Shown: positions 30,930 to 41,227, counted from the stretch's first letter. The stretch is 64,000 bases of DNA from an uncultured delta proteobacterium (GCA_963796685.1 CAWCMR010000022.1:128001-192000); one strand, 5' to 3'. Notes: a model not told the origin generated them from the letters alone. Made by a program: numbers and translations.

Positions 30930-32536
30930 ACCGGCGCCTCTCCTGCACCGATATCGCAGTCGAGCACCTCGCGGACCTTGTGCGCCAGATCCGTCGTGGT
31001 GAACGGCTTGCCGATGAAGTGCACTCCTTCGTCGACAACACCATGGTGGATGAATTCATTGTCGGCGTAGCCTGACATGTAGAGAACCTTGACGGCAGGT
31101 TGCTTCTGCTCCATCTCTTGCGCAAGCGCTCTGCCGCTCATCCGCGGCATGACCATGTCGGTCAGGAGGAGACGGATGGCGCCCGTGTGTTGTGACGAGA
31201 TCTGCAGGGCATCACCAGCAGAGGCGGCGGACAGCACACGGTAGCCAGCCGACTCGAGAGCTCTCACCGCGACCTTACGGATGGCCTCTTCATCCTCGAC
31301 CACGAGAATGGTTTCCGTACCCGTGGGTTGCCGCGTAACCGCGCGCAGTCGGGTGGAGGTCACTTTGAGGGAAGACTCACGCGGGAGAAAGATCTCGAAG
31401 GTGCTTCCTCGGCCCAATTCGCTTCGGACCCAGATGATGCCGCCTATCTGCTTGACGATGCCATACACCGTGGACAGGCCGAGCCCGGTCCCTTTGCCCT
31501 TCTCCTTGGTCGTGTAGAAGGGCTCGAAGAGTTGCGCCTTGGTCCGCTCGTCCATACCGCAGCCCGTGTCTGTGACCGCAAGCCGGATGTACCGGCCGGG
31601 CTTCATGGCCACGTGGCGTGCCGCGCGCGCATCGTCGATCTCCACGTTCGAGGTTTCGATGGTCAGCTTTCCGCCCTCTGACATGGCGTCGCGGGCGTTG
31701 ACGACCAAGTTCATGAGCACTTGTTCTATCTGGCCCTGATCGGCCCTCACCAAGCCCAGATCCGGCGCGAGAGCTTGGACGAATTCGATGTCCTCGCCGA
31801 GGATCCGCTGAAGCATGCTCTCGACTCCTGCGGAGACTTGGTTCAGATTCAGGGGCACTGGTTGCACAAGCTGCTTGCGCCCGAAAGCGAGGAGTTGTCG
31901 AATCAGCTGCGCTCCGCGATTCCCGGCCTTCTGCACCTCGAGAAGATCGTCCTTGAGAGGATCGCCCTCGCGTAGCTCCACGAGCGCGAACTCCGTGTAG
32001 CCAAGGATCACGGAAAGCAAATTGTTGAAGTCGTGGGCGATGCCACCCGCGAGACAACCGATGGCTTCCATCTTTTGAGAGGCCTGCAGTTGCGCTTCGA
32101 GTTTCTTGCGCTCCTCCTCGGCCCGTTTGCGTTGCGTGATGTCGCGGATGTTGCACTGGACCACTTTGGTCTGCCCCACCCAGTACACGTTGCTGACGAA
32201 TTCGACATTGATGAGCCGCCCGTCACGGGTCTCGAGCGGTAAATCGTCGTATCGGACATATTCCTTCTCTTGCAGCTCCCTGAAGACGTCGCGCGAGACG
32301 GCGATATCCTTGAAGGGACCCAGATCCCACACTGCTTTCCCGAGAAAGTCCTCGTGAGAATAGCCGAGCAGGGAGATCAGAAAGGGATTGGCATCGACCA
32401 CCCGTCCAGACTCGGCATCGAGAATCAAGATGCCATCCTTGGCCGATTCGAAGAGCCGTCGATAGCGCGTCTCGGACGCGCTAAGGTCATTGTCTGCCCG
32501 CTGGCGTTCGTTGGCGGTCAAGTATGCAGTCACCAT
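30926..32536 (-). CDS. PAS hybrid histidine kinase / response regulator
   Basis: PAS, AHDFNNLL, NARDAM, GTGLGL, receiver VEDE...TD...KPF; may be N-terminally truncated. Confidence 0.9.
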   Translation of the reverse strand: MVTAYLTANERQRADNDLSASETRYRRLFESAKDGILILDAESGRVVDANPFLISLLGYSHEDFLGKAVWDLGPFKDIAVSRDVFRELQEKEYVRYDDLPLETRDGRLINVEFVSNVYWVGQTKVVQCNIRDITQRKRAEEERKKLEAQLQASQKMEAIGCLAGGIAHDFNNLLSVILGYTEFALVELREGDPLKDDLLEVQKAGNRGAQLIRQLLAFGRKQLVQPVPLNLNQVSAGVESMLQRILGEDIEFVQALAPDLGLVRADQGQIEQVLMNLVVNARDAMSEGGKLTIETSNVEIDDARAARHVAMKPGRYIRLAVTDTGCGMDERTKAQLFEPFYTTKEKGKGTGLGLSTVYGIVKQIGGIIWVRSELGRGSTFEIFLPRESSLKVTSTRLRAVTRQPTGTETILVVEDEEAIRKVAVRALESAGYRVLSAASAGDALQISSQHTGAIRLLLTDMVMPRMSGRALAQEMEQKQPAVKVLYMSGYADNEFIHHGVVDEGVHFIGKPFTTTDLAHKVREVLDCDIGAGEAPV

Positions 32537-32555
32537 TCCCCGGTTAAGCTTTGAG

Positions 32556-32840
32556 TTAGGCGGCGGCGTGCCGGCTCGGGCTGAGGCTCAAGTGGCCGAA
32601 TGTCTCGGCGATGAGCTCGTGGCTTGCGGCGGTCCAATCCTCCTGATCGAAGCCATGGGCACAGCCGCGAGCCAGGAATTTTCCATAGGCCCGTTTGGCA
32701 ATGTCGGCATCCGAAGCCGACCGCACATCTATGCGCTGCAGGGTGGGGGCAGTCGAAGCACCCTCGGGGTGTCGGACTTGAGGGGAAAGATGATGCGTAT
32801 GATGAGGAATCCACTTCTTGCTTTGTCCTGCGGTTTCCAT
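32556..32840 (-). CDS. DUF2934-domain small protein
   Basis: IAKRAY.KF..RG..HG.DQEDW motif; AAGGAG RBS. Confidence 0.75.
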   Translation of the reverse strand: METAGQSKKWIPHHTHHLSPQVRHPEGASTAPTLQRIDVRSASDADIAKRAYGKFLARGCAHGFDQEDWTAASHELIAETFGHLSLSPSRHAAA

Positions 32841-32872
32841 GGGATCTCCTTCTTGGCCTAACGCCTTGGTCC

Positions 32873-32888
32873 TGCAGCATTCGGGCCA
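32873..32888 (-). promoter_or_regulatory. sigma54 promoter TGGCCCGAATGCTGCA
   Basis: GG-N10-GC; boxes TCAgaaTGA (32953) and TCAattCGA (32975). Confidence 0.75.
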
Positions 32889-32974
32889 CTGCCTGACCCC
32901 ATGACTTCAAGCCCTTGCGCTCGTGATTGTCTTGGAACTGCGATTCCTTCAATCAGAATGAAGTGTCTTCCAAT

Positions 32975-33535
32975 TCAATTCGATGGATAGATCGGGCGTT
33001 CCGGCTCCGGCGAGCTGCGCTCAGAAGTCAGATGGGGAGAGCCTTCCCGCCCGGGACTGCTGCACAGAAAGATGTTTGCCGGCTTCAGGTCCCGGTGAAC
33101 CACTCCCTGCGCGTTGGCGGCGGCAACGCCGCGCATGGCCGGCAATAACAGGGTCAGTGTCGTCTGCAGACTAAGGGCACCGTTCCTTGCCAAGTAGCTC
33201 CCAAGTGTTTCCCCATCGAACAATTCCATCACGATGCACGCCATCCCGTGGTGGTCGATGACGTCGAAGATATTGACCACATTGGGGTGATTGATGCTGC
33301 TCGCGGTTAAGGCTTCACGCCGAAACAGCTCGATGACGTCGGTGTTGGAAGCGAACGACTGAAGTATGAGCTTGAGCGCAACGCGCTTTCCCGTGTGCTC
33401 GTTGATTCCCGCCCAAACCGCGGCCATACCGCCCTTGGCGATAAGCCTCTCGACGCGATAGTGGAGCCCTACGAGCTGGCCAGGTCGCAGGATGGTCTCG
33501 ATGTTGTCGTGCTCGGGCATCTCTTTACCCATCAC
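32975..33535 (-). pseudogene. Truncated Hanks-type Ser/Thr kinase
   Basis: GGMAAVW, VALK, HPNVV, HRDLKPANIFL, then no DFG or APE. Confidence 0.8.
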
Positions 33536-33691
33536 CGCAACAAGGGTGCCATCGAAAAGAGCACCGATCGGCGGGGACGGGCTGTCGCTACCTCACTCGA
33601 AGTGAACGAGGTGGCAAGTCATCTTGATGGGGCTTCGCGTACTCTCTTGGAACTACGCGAAGATGACTTGTGCAAAGGGCGCGGCCGAATT

Positions 33692-33707
33692 TGGACCGTT
33701 TCTTGCG
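33692..33707 (+). promoter_or_regulatory. sigma54 promoter TGGACCGTTTCTTGCG
   Basis: GG-N10-GC before ATG 33736; boxes at 33619-33627 and 33597-33605. Confidence 0.7.
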
Positions 33708-33735
33708 TAGACCCTGACTTCAAAGGAGCTCAACC

Positions 33736-34329
33736 ATGCATTGCAGAGAGATCATGAGTCATGACGTTCAGTGGATCCTGCCTGGGAAATCCGTCGCGGA
33801 GGCCGCCAAGCTAATGGCCTTTCACAACCTGGGCGTGCTGCCGGTGTGCAGTGCCGACGGCAAACCCGTCGGAGTCATCACGGATCGTGATATCGCGTTG
33901 CGGGTGATCGGAAAGGACCGGCTTGCCGCACAGACCGTTGCGAAGGACGTGATGTCTGTTCCCGTGCACTCGGTGACGGAGGATTGCCCCGTGGAGCGCG
34001 CGGGCGAGATCATGGCCGAGGCGAGTGTGTCGCGCCTACTGGTGCTGGACAAAGACGGCCATCTCACCGGCATTGTCAGCGTGGCCGACCTGCTGGTTCA
34101 CGCGCCCGGGAAGCACGCCTTGGAAGCGGCCCGCGGCATCTACGCCAGAGAGATGGGTGACCGCTCCGCCGGCCACCCGCACCGCGCATCCAAGCCCACC
34201 CCCGAGTACTTCCATGGCGCGCGTGACAGAACCCCAGACCTCGATTCGGTCCCGGACAACCAAGCCCGCATCGAGGCCAACAGCGTGGTCCGAGGCGGCA
34301 GTAATGGCTTGAAGGAATTCCCGGGCTAG
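33736..34329 (+). CDS. CBS-domain protein
   Basis: GVITDRDI and GIVSVADL CBS pair; AAGGAG RBS. Confidence 0.88.
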   Translation: MHCREIMSHDVQWILPGKSVAEAAKLMAFHNLGVLPVCSADGKPVGVITDRDIALRVIGKDRLAAQTVAKDVMSVPVHSVTEDCPVERAGEIMAEASVSRLLVLDKDGHLTGIVSVADLLVHAPGKHALEAARGIYAREMGDRSAGHPHRASKPTPEYFHGARDRTPDLDSVPDNQARIEANSVVRGGSNGLKEFPG

Positions 34330-34389
34330 CAGCCCGCGGTAGGGGGCAGTGGACCGAGCGGCTTGTCTCGCCAGCCCCCTACACTTGCC

Positions 34390-34647
34390 TTATCGCAGGA
34401 GCAACCCCGCCGCCGCCCAGCCGCCTCCGATGAGGAGCACCAGCCACACGAAGTCGCCGCCCCGGCCCCAAGCACGGTGTTTGGCCGCCACGGGGTTGGG
34501 CGAGTAGGCCGCCTGCAGGGCACGCCGACGCTGAACGTACCTCGGGTAGGGCGGCCCCCAACCTCGGTACCCCCAGCCGTATCCGACGGGGGACAAGAAG
34601 AACATGAACATGAATCCCATCCAAAGAAACCACAACGTGTTGCTCAT
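34390..34647 (-). CDS. Small Trp/Gly-rich membrane protein, paralogue of 2-256
   Basis: MSNTLWFLW...YGWGYRGWGPPYPRYVQRRR...GGDFVW. Confidence 0.78.
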   Translation of the reverse strand: MSNTLWFLWMGFMFMFFLSPVGYGWGYRGWGPPYPRYVQRRRALQAAYSPNPVAAKHRAWGRGGDFVWLVLLIGGGWAAAGLLLR

Positions 34648-34675
34648 CGATGACTCGCTTTCGCTCCCAGTGCTA

Positions 34676-34691
34676 AGCAACGCCGGTGCCA
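34676..34691 (-). promoter_or_regulatory. sigma54 promoter TGGCACCGGCGTTGCT (near consensus)
   Basis: TGGCAC-N5-TTGCT about 30 bp before ATG 34647. Confidence 0.8.
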
Positions 34692-34780
34692 ATCTTCTAT
34701 GCGGCCGCGAAAGAGCCGAAAACACGGTCACCCGGGAATGCTCGACACGGTCACTCCGGTCGGCACTGGCACGCGCTCAA

Positions 34781-35515
34781 TCAAGATGAGGTGCTTTGGG
34801 GTCCATTCGAGAGAGAGGGCCGAGCGAAAAGCGCGCTATCGAGCTCGAGCAGATCGCCGATGCGTTTCACGCTGGCGTCCGCCTGCGGATAGCTTGCCAG
34901 GATCTTGGCATCGCGCGCGTAGTGTCCCTGGCGCACGAAGACGGTCGTCACCCGCGACTTCCAGCGCTTCTTGATGGCTGCAAGCAGGGCCAGCTTGTCG
35001 TCCACAACCACGTAGTGTGCTGCGGGGTGCCGGGCTTCCACGTCGGCCAGCTCGACTTCTTTGTGCACGTAGATCAGCACGCGCCCCTCGACCGCTTGGC
35101 GGAGCCCGGAGCGGTCTACCTTGTGGGGCTGGAACACGACGTCGCCGTCGGTAAGAAGAACCGCGGAGCCCAAGCGGTTGGCGTACTCGAGGACAGCGAG
35201 GGCTTTGGGAAAGAGCCGCTTGGCAAACGGGTATTCGATGAGAAATCGAGAAACCGCCAACAGCCCGAGGTCGTGGGGATAGTCACGGCGAAAGCCCTGC
35301 AGGGCGCCCAAGTAGTCGGCATAGCCAAGCCGGGCTCGTAGCTGCTCGAAGATCGCCCAGTAGCAGTGCGCCCGCTTGGGACCGACCTCGCGACGGAGGT
35401 AGGTATTGAGGTCGGCAATGACCTGGTCATTGTCCAGCAAGGTGTTGTCGACATCGAACAGGAAGACGATCTTCTCTCGACTTGCAGGATTGGAATTTTT
35501 GCGGGGCGCTCGCAT
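34781..35515 (-). CDS. HAD-family hydrolase
   Basis: FDVDNTLLD, TDGD, VDDK. Confidence 0.85.
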   Translation of the reverse strand: MRAPRKNSNPASREKIVFLFDVDNTLLDNDQVIADLNTYLRREVGPKRAHCYWAIFEQLRARLGYADYLGALQGFRRDYPHDLGLLAVSRFLIEYPFAKRLFPKALAVLEYANRLGSAVLLTDGDVVFQPHKVDRSGLRQAVEGRVLIYVHKEVELADVEARHPAAHYVVVDDKLALLAAIKKRWKSRVTTVFVRQGHYARDAKILASYPQADASVKRIGDLLELDSALFARPSLSNGPQSTSS

Positions 35516-35530
35516 GGGATTGGGCCGAGG

Positions 35531-36271
35531 TCACAAGTGTACCAGGAACTCGTTCAACGCGACGACGACCTCGGCGGGGATTTCGTGTCCGCCGTCGAAG
35601 GGGAACCAAGTCACCAGCATTCCGGCGGCCGCCATCTCGGCGTGCATGCGATCCGCGATCTCGAACGATAGGATGGGATCGGTTCTGCCGTGGGACATGA
35701 AGACGTGCAGGCCTTTGCGGTGGGCGTAGTTCTGCCGCCACGACGCCTCGTCGACCGGGGCGCCCGAAAGCAGTACCAGCGCGCGCAGAGGTTCGTCCGA
35801 TTGGAACGCCACCTGGGCCGCCACCATGGCCCCTTGCGAGAAGCCGCCGAGAATGAAGGGCTGCGAGGCGCGGTTGCCCCGCCGCGCAAGCAGCGCGCGC
35901 ACAGCTTGCGCCGCGACCACGATGCCCGCGGGTTTCTCCGCGGAGAGATCGGCGCCCAGCGCTCCATCGCGCATGTTCGACGCCAGGTCCAAATGCCACC
36001 ACGCGCGCCCTGTGGGTGCTCCGTCCGTGCGCTTTTCCGACTGGGGTCCGCGCGGAAAGATGAAGCGGGTGCTGGGCGGCATGTGGATGGACTTCAAGAA
36101 GGGCAGCCAATCCTTCTCCGACGAGCAGTAGCCGTGCAGCAGGACGACGGTGGGCGGGCCTTTGCCGCCCTTGGTGATCGCGGACAGGCTCGGGACGCGG
36201 GGCGGTCGTGCCATGGCGCTCGCGACCACGACAACTCCTAGTAAGCCAAGTACAGTTCGCCTCCGATTCAT
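35531..36271 (-). CDS. Phospholipase/carboxylesterase (alpha/beta hydrolase), exported
   Basis: LLHG, GGFSQG nucleophile elbow, HGRTDP, GGHEI. Confidence 0.88.
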   Translation of the reverse strand: MNRRRTVLGLLGVVVVASAMARPPRVPSLSAITKGGKGPPTVVLLHGYCSSEKDWLPFLKSIHMPPSTRFIFPRGPQSEKRTDGAPTGRAWWHLDLASNMRDGALGADLSAEKPAGIVVAAQAVRALLARRGNRASQPFILGGFSQGAMVAAQVAFQSDEPLRALVLLSGAPVDEASWRQNYAHRKGLHVFMSHGRTDPILSFEIADRMHAEMAAAGMLVTWFPFDGGHEIPAEVVVALNEFLVHL

Positions 36272-36319
36272 GCACCTGCGTCCGGCTGATCCGTGCCTGG
36301 ATCCATAGCGCCCGAACGG

Positions 36320-36622
36320 CTACGCCGCCAGCTTCGAGCTGGCGGTTAGCGCGGGTAGGCTGGTCCAGCAGTGGCCGCAACGCGAAGCCCCGAGCGCGCA
36401 TGTGTGCTTGCACGTCGGGCACTCGCGAAATTTGGGCTCGGTGCCGAGATCCAGCATCTCGACCAGGCGCGACCAGGTCGTGTCGAGCGCGGACTTGGGG
36501 GTCTGGCTTTCGGCGGTCGTGGCCGCGCCAGGGGCGAGCGCAATCTCCTTGCCCACGGCCGCAACCAGGGTGCGCAGCCGGGACAGATCGGCACCAGAGA
36601 ACGAGAGCATCAGATTGTTCAT
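36320..36622 (-). CDS. Small protein with a C-terminal zinc ribbon
   Basis: CPTC...CGHC; AGGAG RBS; sigma54 site upstream. Confidence 0.7.
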   Translation of the reverse strand: MNNLMLSFSGADLSRLRTLVAAVGKEIALAPGAATTAESQTPKSALDTTWSRLVEMLDLGTEPKFRECPTCKHTCALGASRCGHCWTSLPALTASSKLAA

Positions 36623-36647
36623 GGACTATCTCCTGGGCAGGATCCAC

Positions 36648-36663
36648 AGCACGTTCCGGGCCA
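36648..36663 (-). promoter_or_regulatory. sigma54 promoter TGGCCCGGAACGTGCT
   Basis: GG-N10-GC 26 bp before ATG; box TCAtaaTGG at 36731. Confidence 0.7.
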
Positions 36664-36819
36664 CCCGGTCGAAGTGAATCATTCCCGGCACCTGGCGCGC
36701 CGCCGCCAGCTGCAGCAGCCGCGGATCCCATCATAATGGTGGTGCCGCTGCGTCGTTTCGACGGAGCCGAAGCGATGAAGTGGGTGGCGGGACAGCGTAT
36801 CTGGGGTAGGACGTAACGG

Positions 36820-37635
36820 GTGAGGGCCACCCTGCTCGGACGAGACGAACCCCCAGCTTTCGGTGTGGCGGGCCGCGATGGCCGTTCGCCGTTCGTGCTG
36901 ATCTGCGACCACGCGGGTCACCGCTTGCCGCGTTCGCTGGGTTCGCTTGGCCTGTCCGCCGAGGAGCTTGTCAGCCACATCGCTTGGGACATCGGCGCGG
37001 GCAAGGTCGCGACGAAGCTTGCGGCGGCGCTCGACGCCTTCGTCGCATGGCAGCCGTATTCTCGACTGGCTATCGATTGCAATCGCCCGCTCGACGCCGC
37101 CGATTCCATCGTCACCCGCAGTGAAAGGGTCGTTGTCCCAGGAAACCGGAACCTGGAGCCGCGGGACGCCGAAGCGCGCGCCCGAGGAATCTTCGTTCCC
37201 TACCACGCGCAAATTCAGGCCGAGCTGAATCGACGGAGAGATGAAGGCATTCCCAGTCTCCTCGTGTCCGTCCACAGCTTCACGCCTGTCTTTCTGGACG
37301 TACCCCGTCCATGGCACGTCGGTGTTCTTGCCAACCGGGACACGCGACTGGCCGAGCCGCTCTTGCGTCTGTTGCGCCAAGAAGGGGATCTCGTCGTCGG
37401 TTTCAACCAGCCCTACGCCGCCAGCGAGGCCTCGGACTTCTCCATCATTCATCACGGCGAAGAGCGTGGCATTCCGCCCGTGGAAATCGAAATTCGACAG
37501 GACCTCGTCGCCGACGAAGCGGGGCAGATTGCCTGGGCAGAGCGACTCGCACGCCTGCTCGCGGTCGCCTCCCGAACCCTCCGTCCTGAAAAGCAAACCC
37601 AGCACTCGCAAGGAGCACCATGGAAATCCGCGTAG
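36820..37635 (+). CDS. N-formylglutamate amidohydrolase
   Basis: ICDHAG, HIAWDIG, SRLAIDCNR, SVHSFTP, EIEIRQD. Confidence 0.88.
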   Translation: MRATLLGRDEPPAFGVAGRDGRSPFVLICDHAGHRLPRSLGSLGLSAEELVSHIAWDIGAGKVATKLAAALDAFVAWQPYSRLAIDCNRPLDAADSIVTRSERVVVPGNRNLEPRDAEARARGIFVPYHAQIQAELNRRRDEGIPSLLVSVHSFTPVFLDVPRPWHVGVLANRDTRLAEPLLRLLRQEGDLVVGFNQPYAASEASDFSIIHHGEERGIPPVEIEIRQDLVADEAGQIAWAERLARLLAVASRTLRPEKQTQHSQGAPWKSA

Positions 37636-38432
37636 GTTACGAATTGCAGTACGAGCTTCCCCAACCCACGCCCATGCTGTTGACCCTGCACGTGCACTAC
37701 AGTCGAGCGTCGGATCTGGTGCGGCCCGACCACATGATCGCGACACCCGCGGTCCCCATGGCCGCGTACCGAGACGGCTTTGGCAACTGGTGCACGCGCC
37801 TCGTCGCCCCGCAAGGCCGGTTCAGCGTCACCGCGGATACCATCGTGAAGGACACGGGCATTCCCGACGCCATATTTCCCTCGGCCCTGCAGCACCCCGT
37901 GCAGCAGTTACCGGAGGAGACGTTGGTGTTCTTGCTCGGAAGTCGTTACTGCGAGACGGATCGCTTGTCGGAAACCGCGTGGAAGTTGTTCTCCGCGGCG
38001 CCTCTCGGCTGGGCACGGGTGCAGGCGATTTGCGACTTCGTTCATCAGCACATCCAGTTCGGATACGAATATGCCAGCCCGACCAAGTCGGCGTGGGACG
38101 TGTACATCGACCGCAAAGGCGTGTGTCGCGACTTCGCCCACCTGGCCATCGCGCTCTGCCGCTGTCTGAATATCCCGGCGCGCTACTGCACGGGCTACCT
38201 CGGCGACATCGGCTTGCCGCCGCCCTATGCCGCGATGGACTTTGCCGGATGGTTCGAGGCTTACCTCGGCGGGGCGTGGCACACCTTCGATCCGCGCAAC
38301 AACGCCCCGCGCATTGGCCGCGTGCTCATCGCCCGCGGTCGCGACGCTGCCGACGTCGCCATCACCACGACCTTCGGCCCAAACACCTTGCAGGGCTTCC
38401 GGGTTTGGACGGACGAAGTCGCCAGCCCTTAG
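37620..38432 (+). CDS. Transglutaminase-like protein
   Basis: GSRYCETD, GVCRDFAH, ARYCTGYL, FDPRNN, GRDAADV. Confidence 0.9.
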   Translation: MEIRVGYELQYELPQPTPMLLTLHVHYSRASDLVRPDHMIATPAVPMAAYRDGFGNWCTRLVAPQGRFSVTADTIVKDTGIPDAIFPSALQHPVQQLPEETLVFLLGSRYCETDRLSETAWKLFSAAPLGWARVQAICDFVHQHIQFGYEYASPTKSAWDVYIDRKGVCRDFAHLAIALCRCLNIPARYCTGYLGDIGLPPPYAAMDFAGWFEAYLGGAWHTFDPRNNAPRIGRVLIARGRDAADVAITTTFGPNTLQGFRVWTDEVASP

Positions 38433-38552
38433 TCTAGTCAGTCTGCCAAGTCGGTCCTTCTTGGCCGGCGACCAACCAAAGTTGTCGGGAACCACGGGTC
38501 TTCTCTAGCAGCCCAGTCGGCGGTTCGGACAGGGCCCCGTGCTAGAAGGTGC

Positions 38553-39586
38553 CCATGGACCACGAAATCCAACCTGCCGAGCTGAGACGCGCTGTCACTC
38601 GACACGAGATCGCGGCCTGGATTTTGATGGCCGCTGGGCTGCTCCTGGTGTTGAAGCTGCGCCTGCTCTCGGCGCTCTTGGCAGGACTGCTGGTGTACGA
38701 GCTTGTCCACATCGCCGTGCTGAGGCTGCGGCGCCGACTGTCGAACAAGCGAGCCGAGATGGTGGCGGTGACAACTCTGGCGTTCCTTGTCATCGGCGTG
38801 GTGGCGGCCGCGGTGATGGGTTTGGTGGCCCTGGTACGTAGTGAAGGGCATCTCGCCAACTTGCTGGAAAAGCTGGCCGACAGTGTCTCTCTCGCGCGGG
38901 CCAACCTGCCGGCCGCACTGTCTGAAGGGCTGCCGGCCAACGCCGACGCATTGAAGGACGCGACCGTGGATTGGTTGCGATTGCACGCGAAGGAGATTCG
39001 CACCCTCGGGGCCGACTTTGGCCGGACGCTCGTCCACATCGTCGTCGGACTGGTGATCGGCGTGATGCTGTCGCTGACCGACCTGCGCTCACGCAAGGTC
39101 GAACGGCCCTTGGCGCACGCGTTGGCCGAACGCATGTCCCGCCTGGGCAATGTCTTTCGCCGCATCATCTTCGCGCAGCTTCGCATCTCGGCCATCAACA
39201 CTTTTCTGACCGCCGTATTTCTTCTGGCCGGACTGCCGATCTTCGGTGTGCATCTGCCGCTTGCCAAGACGCTGGTGGTCCTGACCTTCGTGGTGGGCCT
39301 CTTGCCGGTGATTGGCAATCTGATCTCGAACACGGTGGTGGTCGTGGTCGGACTCAGTGTCTCACCCTACGTCGCGTTAGCCGCATTGATATTTCTGATC
39401 GTTATTCACAAGCTGGAGTACTTTCTCAACGCGCGCATCGTGGGCGCGCAAATCAACGCGCGAGCCTGGGAGCTCCTGACGGCCATGCTGCTGATGGAAG
39501 CCGCGTTCGGTGTCGCCGGTGTCGTCGCGGCGCCCATCTACTACGCGTACGTGAAGGACGAGCTGACCGCGCAGGAGTTGGTATGA
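38553..39586 (+). CDS. AI-2E family transporter
   Basis: Multi-TM; AQLRISAIN, LPVIGN, HKLEYFLNARIVG. Confidence 0.85.
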
Positions 39587-41058
39587 GTGCTTCAAAGGTG
39601 GAAGAAGACCCATCGGCCTCAGAGCTGGCGTACAGCCTGCTGAGGCGCGACGCAATGAACCGCGAGGACGTGAACTATCGCTTGGTGGTCGACTCGACAC
39701 CGGCGCTGGTGTTCAGCGCGCGTCCGGACGGCTATGTCGACTACTTCAACCAGCGCTGGTTCGACTACTTGGGCGTTGCGCCAGCGGCACTGGAAGGGTG
39801 GGGGTGGATGAGCTTCATCCACCCCGACGATCGCGAGGAGCAGCTCCGGCGCTGGCGCACCTCGATCATCGACGGCCAGCCGGCCGCGTCCCAGTCCCGC
39901 GTGGCCAACGCGAAAGGTGAATACCGCTGGATGCTGCACCGGACGGAGTCATTGCGCGACGAGGCCGGTAACGTCATTCGGTGGTTCGGCACCAGCATTG
40001 ACATCGAGGACCTGAAGCGCGCCCAGCGCGAGGTCGACGAGCTCAAGGAACGCCTGTACAAGGAGAATATCGCCCTTCGCGAAGAGCTGACCCAGACGTC
40101 GATGTTCGAGGAGATCATCGGAACGTCGGCCCCGCTCCGCCGCGTCCTCGCGCTGGTGGAGAAGGTGGCGAGCTCGGATTCAACGGTGCTGATTACAGGT
40201 GAGACCGGGACCGGAAAAGAGCTGATCGCCCGCGCCATCCACAAACGATCGCCGCGTGCTGCCCGGCCGTTCGTTTCCGTGAACTGCGGCGCCATCGCGC
40301 CATCCCTCGTCGTCTCCGAGCTGTTCGGCCACGAAAAGGGAGCTTTCACGGGCGCGACGCAGCGGCGACCCGGTCGGTTCGAGCTCGCGGACGGGGGAAC
40401 CATCTTCCTCGACGAGGCGGGCGAGCTGCCTGCTGAGACGCAGGTCGCCTTGCTGCGGGTGTTGCAAGAGCGGACGTTCGAGCGAATCGGCGGCACCAAG
40501 CCCATCCCCGTCGATGTGCGCGTCATCGCCGCCACGAACCGCGACCTCGACGAGGCGATCGCGGACGGTTCGTTCAGAAGGGATCTCTATTACCGGCTCA
40601 GCGTCTTTCCGATTCAGATGCCGCCACTGCGCGACCGGGCCGCAGACATCCCCTGGCTGGTCGAGTATCTGACGCGTCGGTATGCGATGAAAGCGGGGAA
40701 GAGAATCGCGAAGGTGAGCCGCAAGACCATCGATCTGCTCACGGCCTACGACTGGCCCGGCAACATCCGCGAGCTGCAGAACGTGATCGAACGGGCTGTC
40801 ATCCTTTGCGATGAGACCTTGGTGGTCGATGACTCGTGGCTGGACCAAAGACCGGCGCAGTCGACCGGCGCCCCGCACCTCCTCGGTCGGCCCAGCACCA
40901 GCGAAGAGAAGAAGCTGATCGAAAGCGCGCTGACCGAGTCGAAGGGGCGCGTTGCGGGGACGGACGGCGCGGCCGCGAGGCTCGGCATCCCGCGCTCCAC
41001 GCTCGAGTCGAAGATTCGGTCGCTCCACATCGACAAGCATCGATTCCGGTCCAAATAG
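39583..41058 (+). CDS. PAS sigma54-dependent activator (FhlA-like)
   Basis: PAS_3, GETGTGKE, GAFTGA, WPGNIRELQN, GAAARLGIPRSTL. Confidence 0.92.
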   Translation: MSASKVEEDPSASELAYSLLRRDAMNREDVNYRLVVDSTPALVFSARPDGYVDYFNQRWFDYLGVAPAALEGWGWMSFIHPDDREEQLRRWRTSIIDGQPAASQSRVANAKGEYRWMLHRTESLRDEAGNVIRWFGTSIDIEDLKRAQREVDELKERLYKENIALREELTQTSMFEEIIGTSAPLRRVLALVEKVASSDSTVLITGETGTGKELIARAIHKRSPRAARPFVSVNCGAIAPSLVVSELFGHEKGAFTGATQRRPGRFELADGGTIFLDEAGELPAETQVALLRVLQERTFERIGGTKPIPVDVRVIAATNRDLDEAIADGSFRRDLYYRLSVFPIQMPPLRDRAADIPWLVEYLTRRYAMKAGKRIAKVSRKTIDLLTAYDWPGNIRELQNVIERAVILCDETLVVDDSWLDQRPAQSTGAPHLLGRPSTSEEKKLIESALTESKGRVAGTDGAAARLGIPRSTLESKIRSLHIDKHRFRSK

Positions 41059-41067
41059 CGGCAGAGC

Positions 41068-41172
41068 TCGACACCGGCGGTGTCGAAGCTCGCCATTTGG
41101 CGAGAGTCGCCAGCCCGGTGCAGCCCGGGGGGCCTGCAAAATCGCGCACTTGCCGTTGGCATCGCCTTTGCG
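41068..41172 (+). promoter_or_regulatory. sigma54 promoter TGGCATCGCCTTTGCG (41157-41172) with upstream palindromes
   Basis: GG-N10-GC; palindromes TCGACACC-N3-GGTGTCGA (41068-41086) and CTCGCCA-TT-TGGCGAG (41089-41104). Confidence 0.72.
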
Positions 41173-41227
41173 ATGACAGCACCTCGTGATCCTGGAAATT
41201 CCAACCAAACAACAAGGAGGTAAAGCG

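Noticed and set aside
38971-39582. N-terminal extension of the PAS-bEBP
   Set aside because: Off-frame overlap with the AI-2E transporter; RBS and ATG at 39583.
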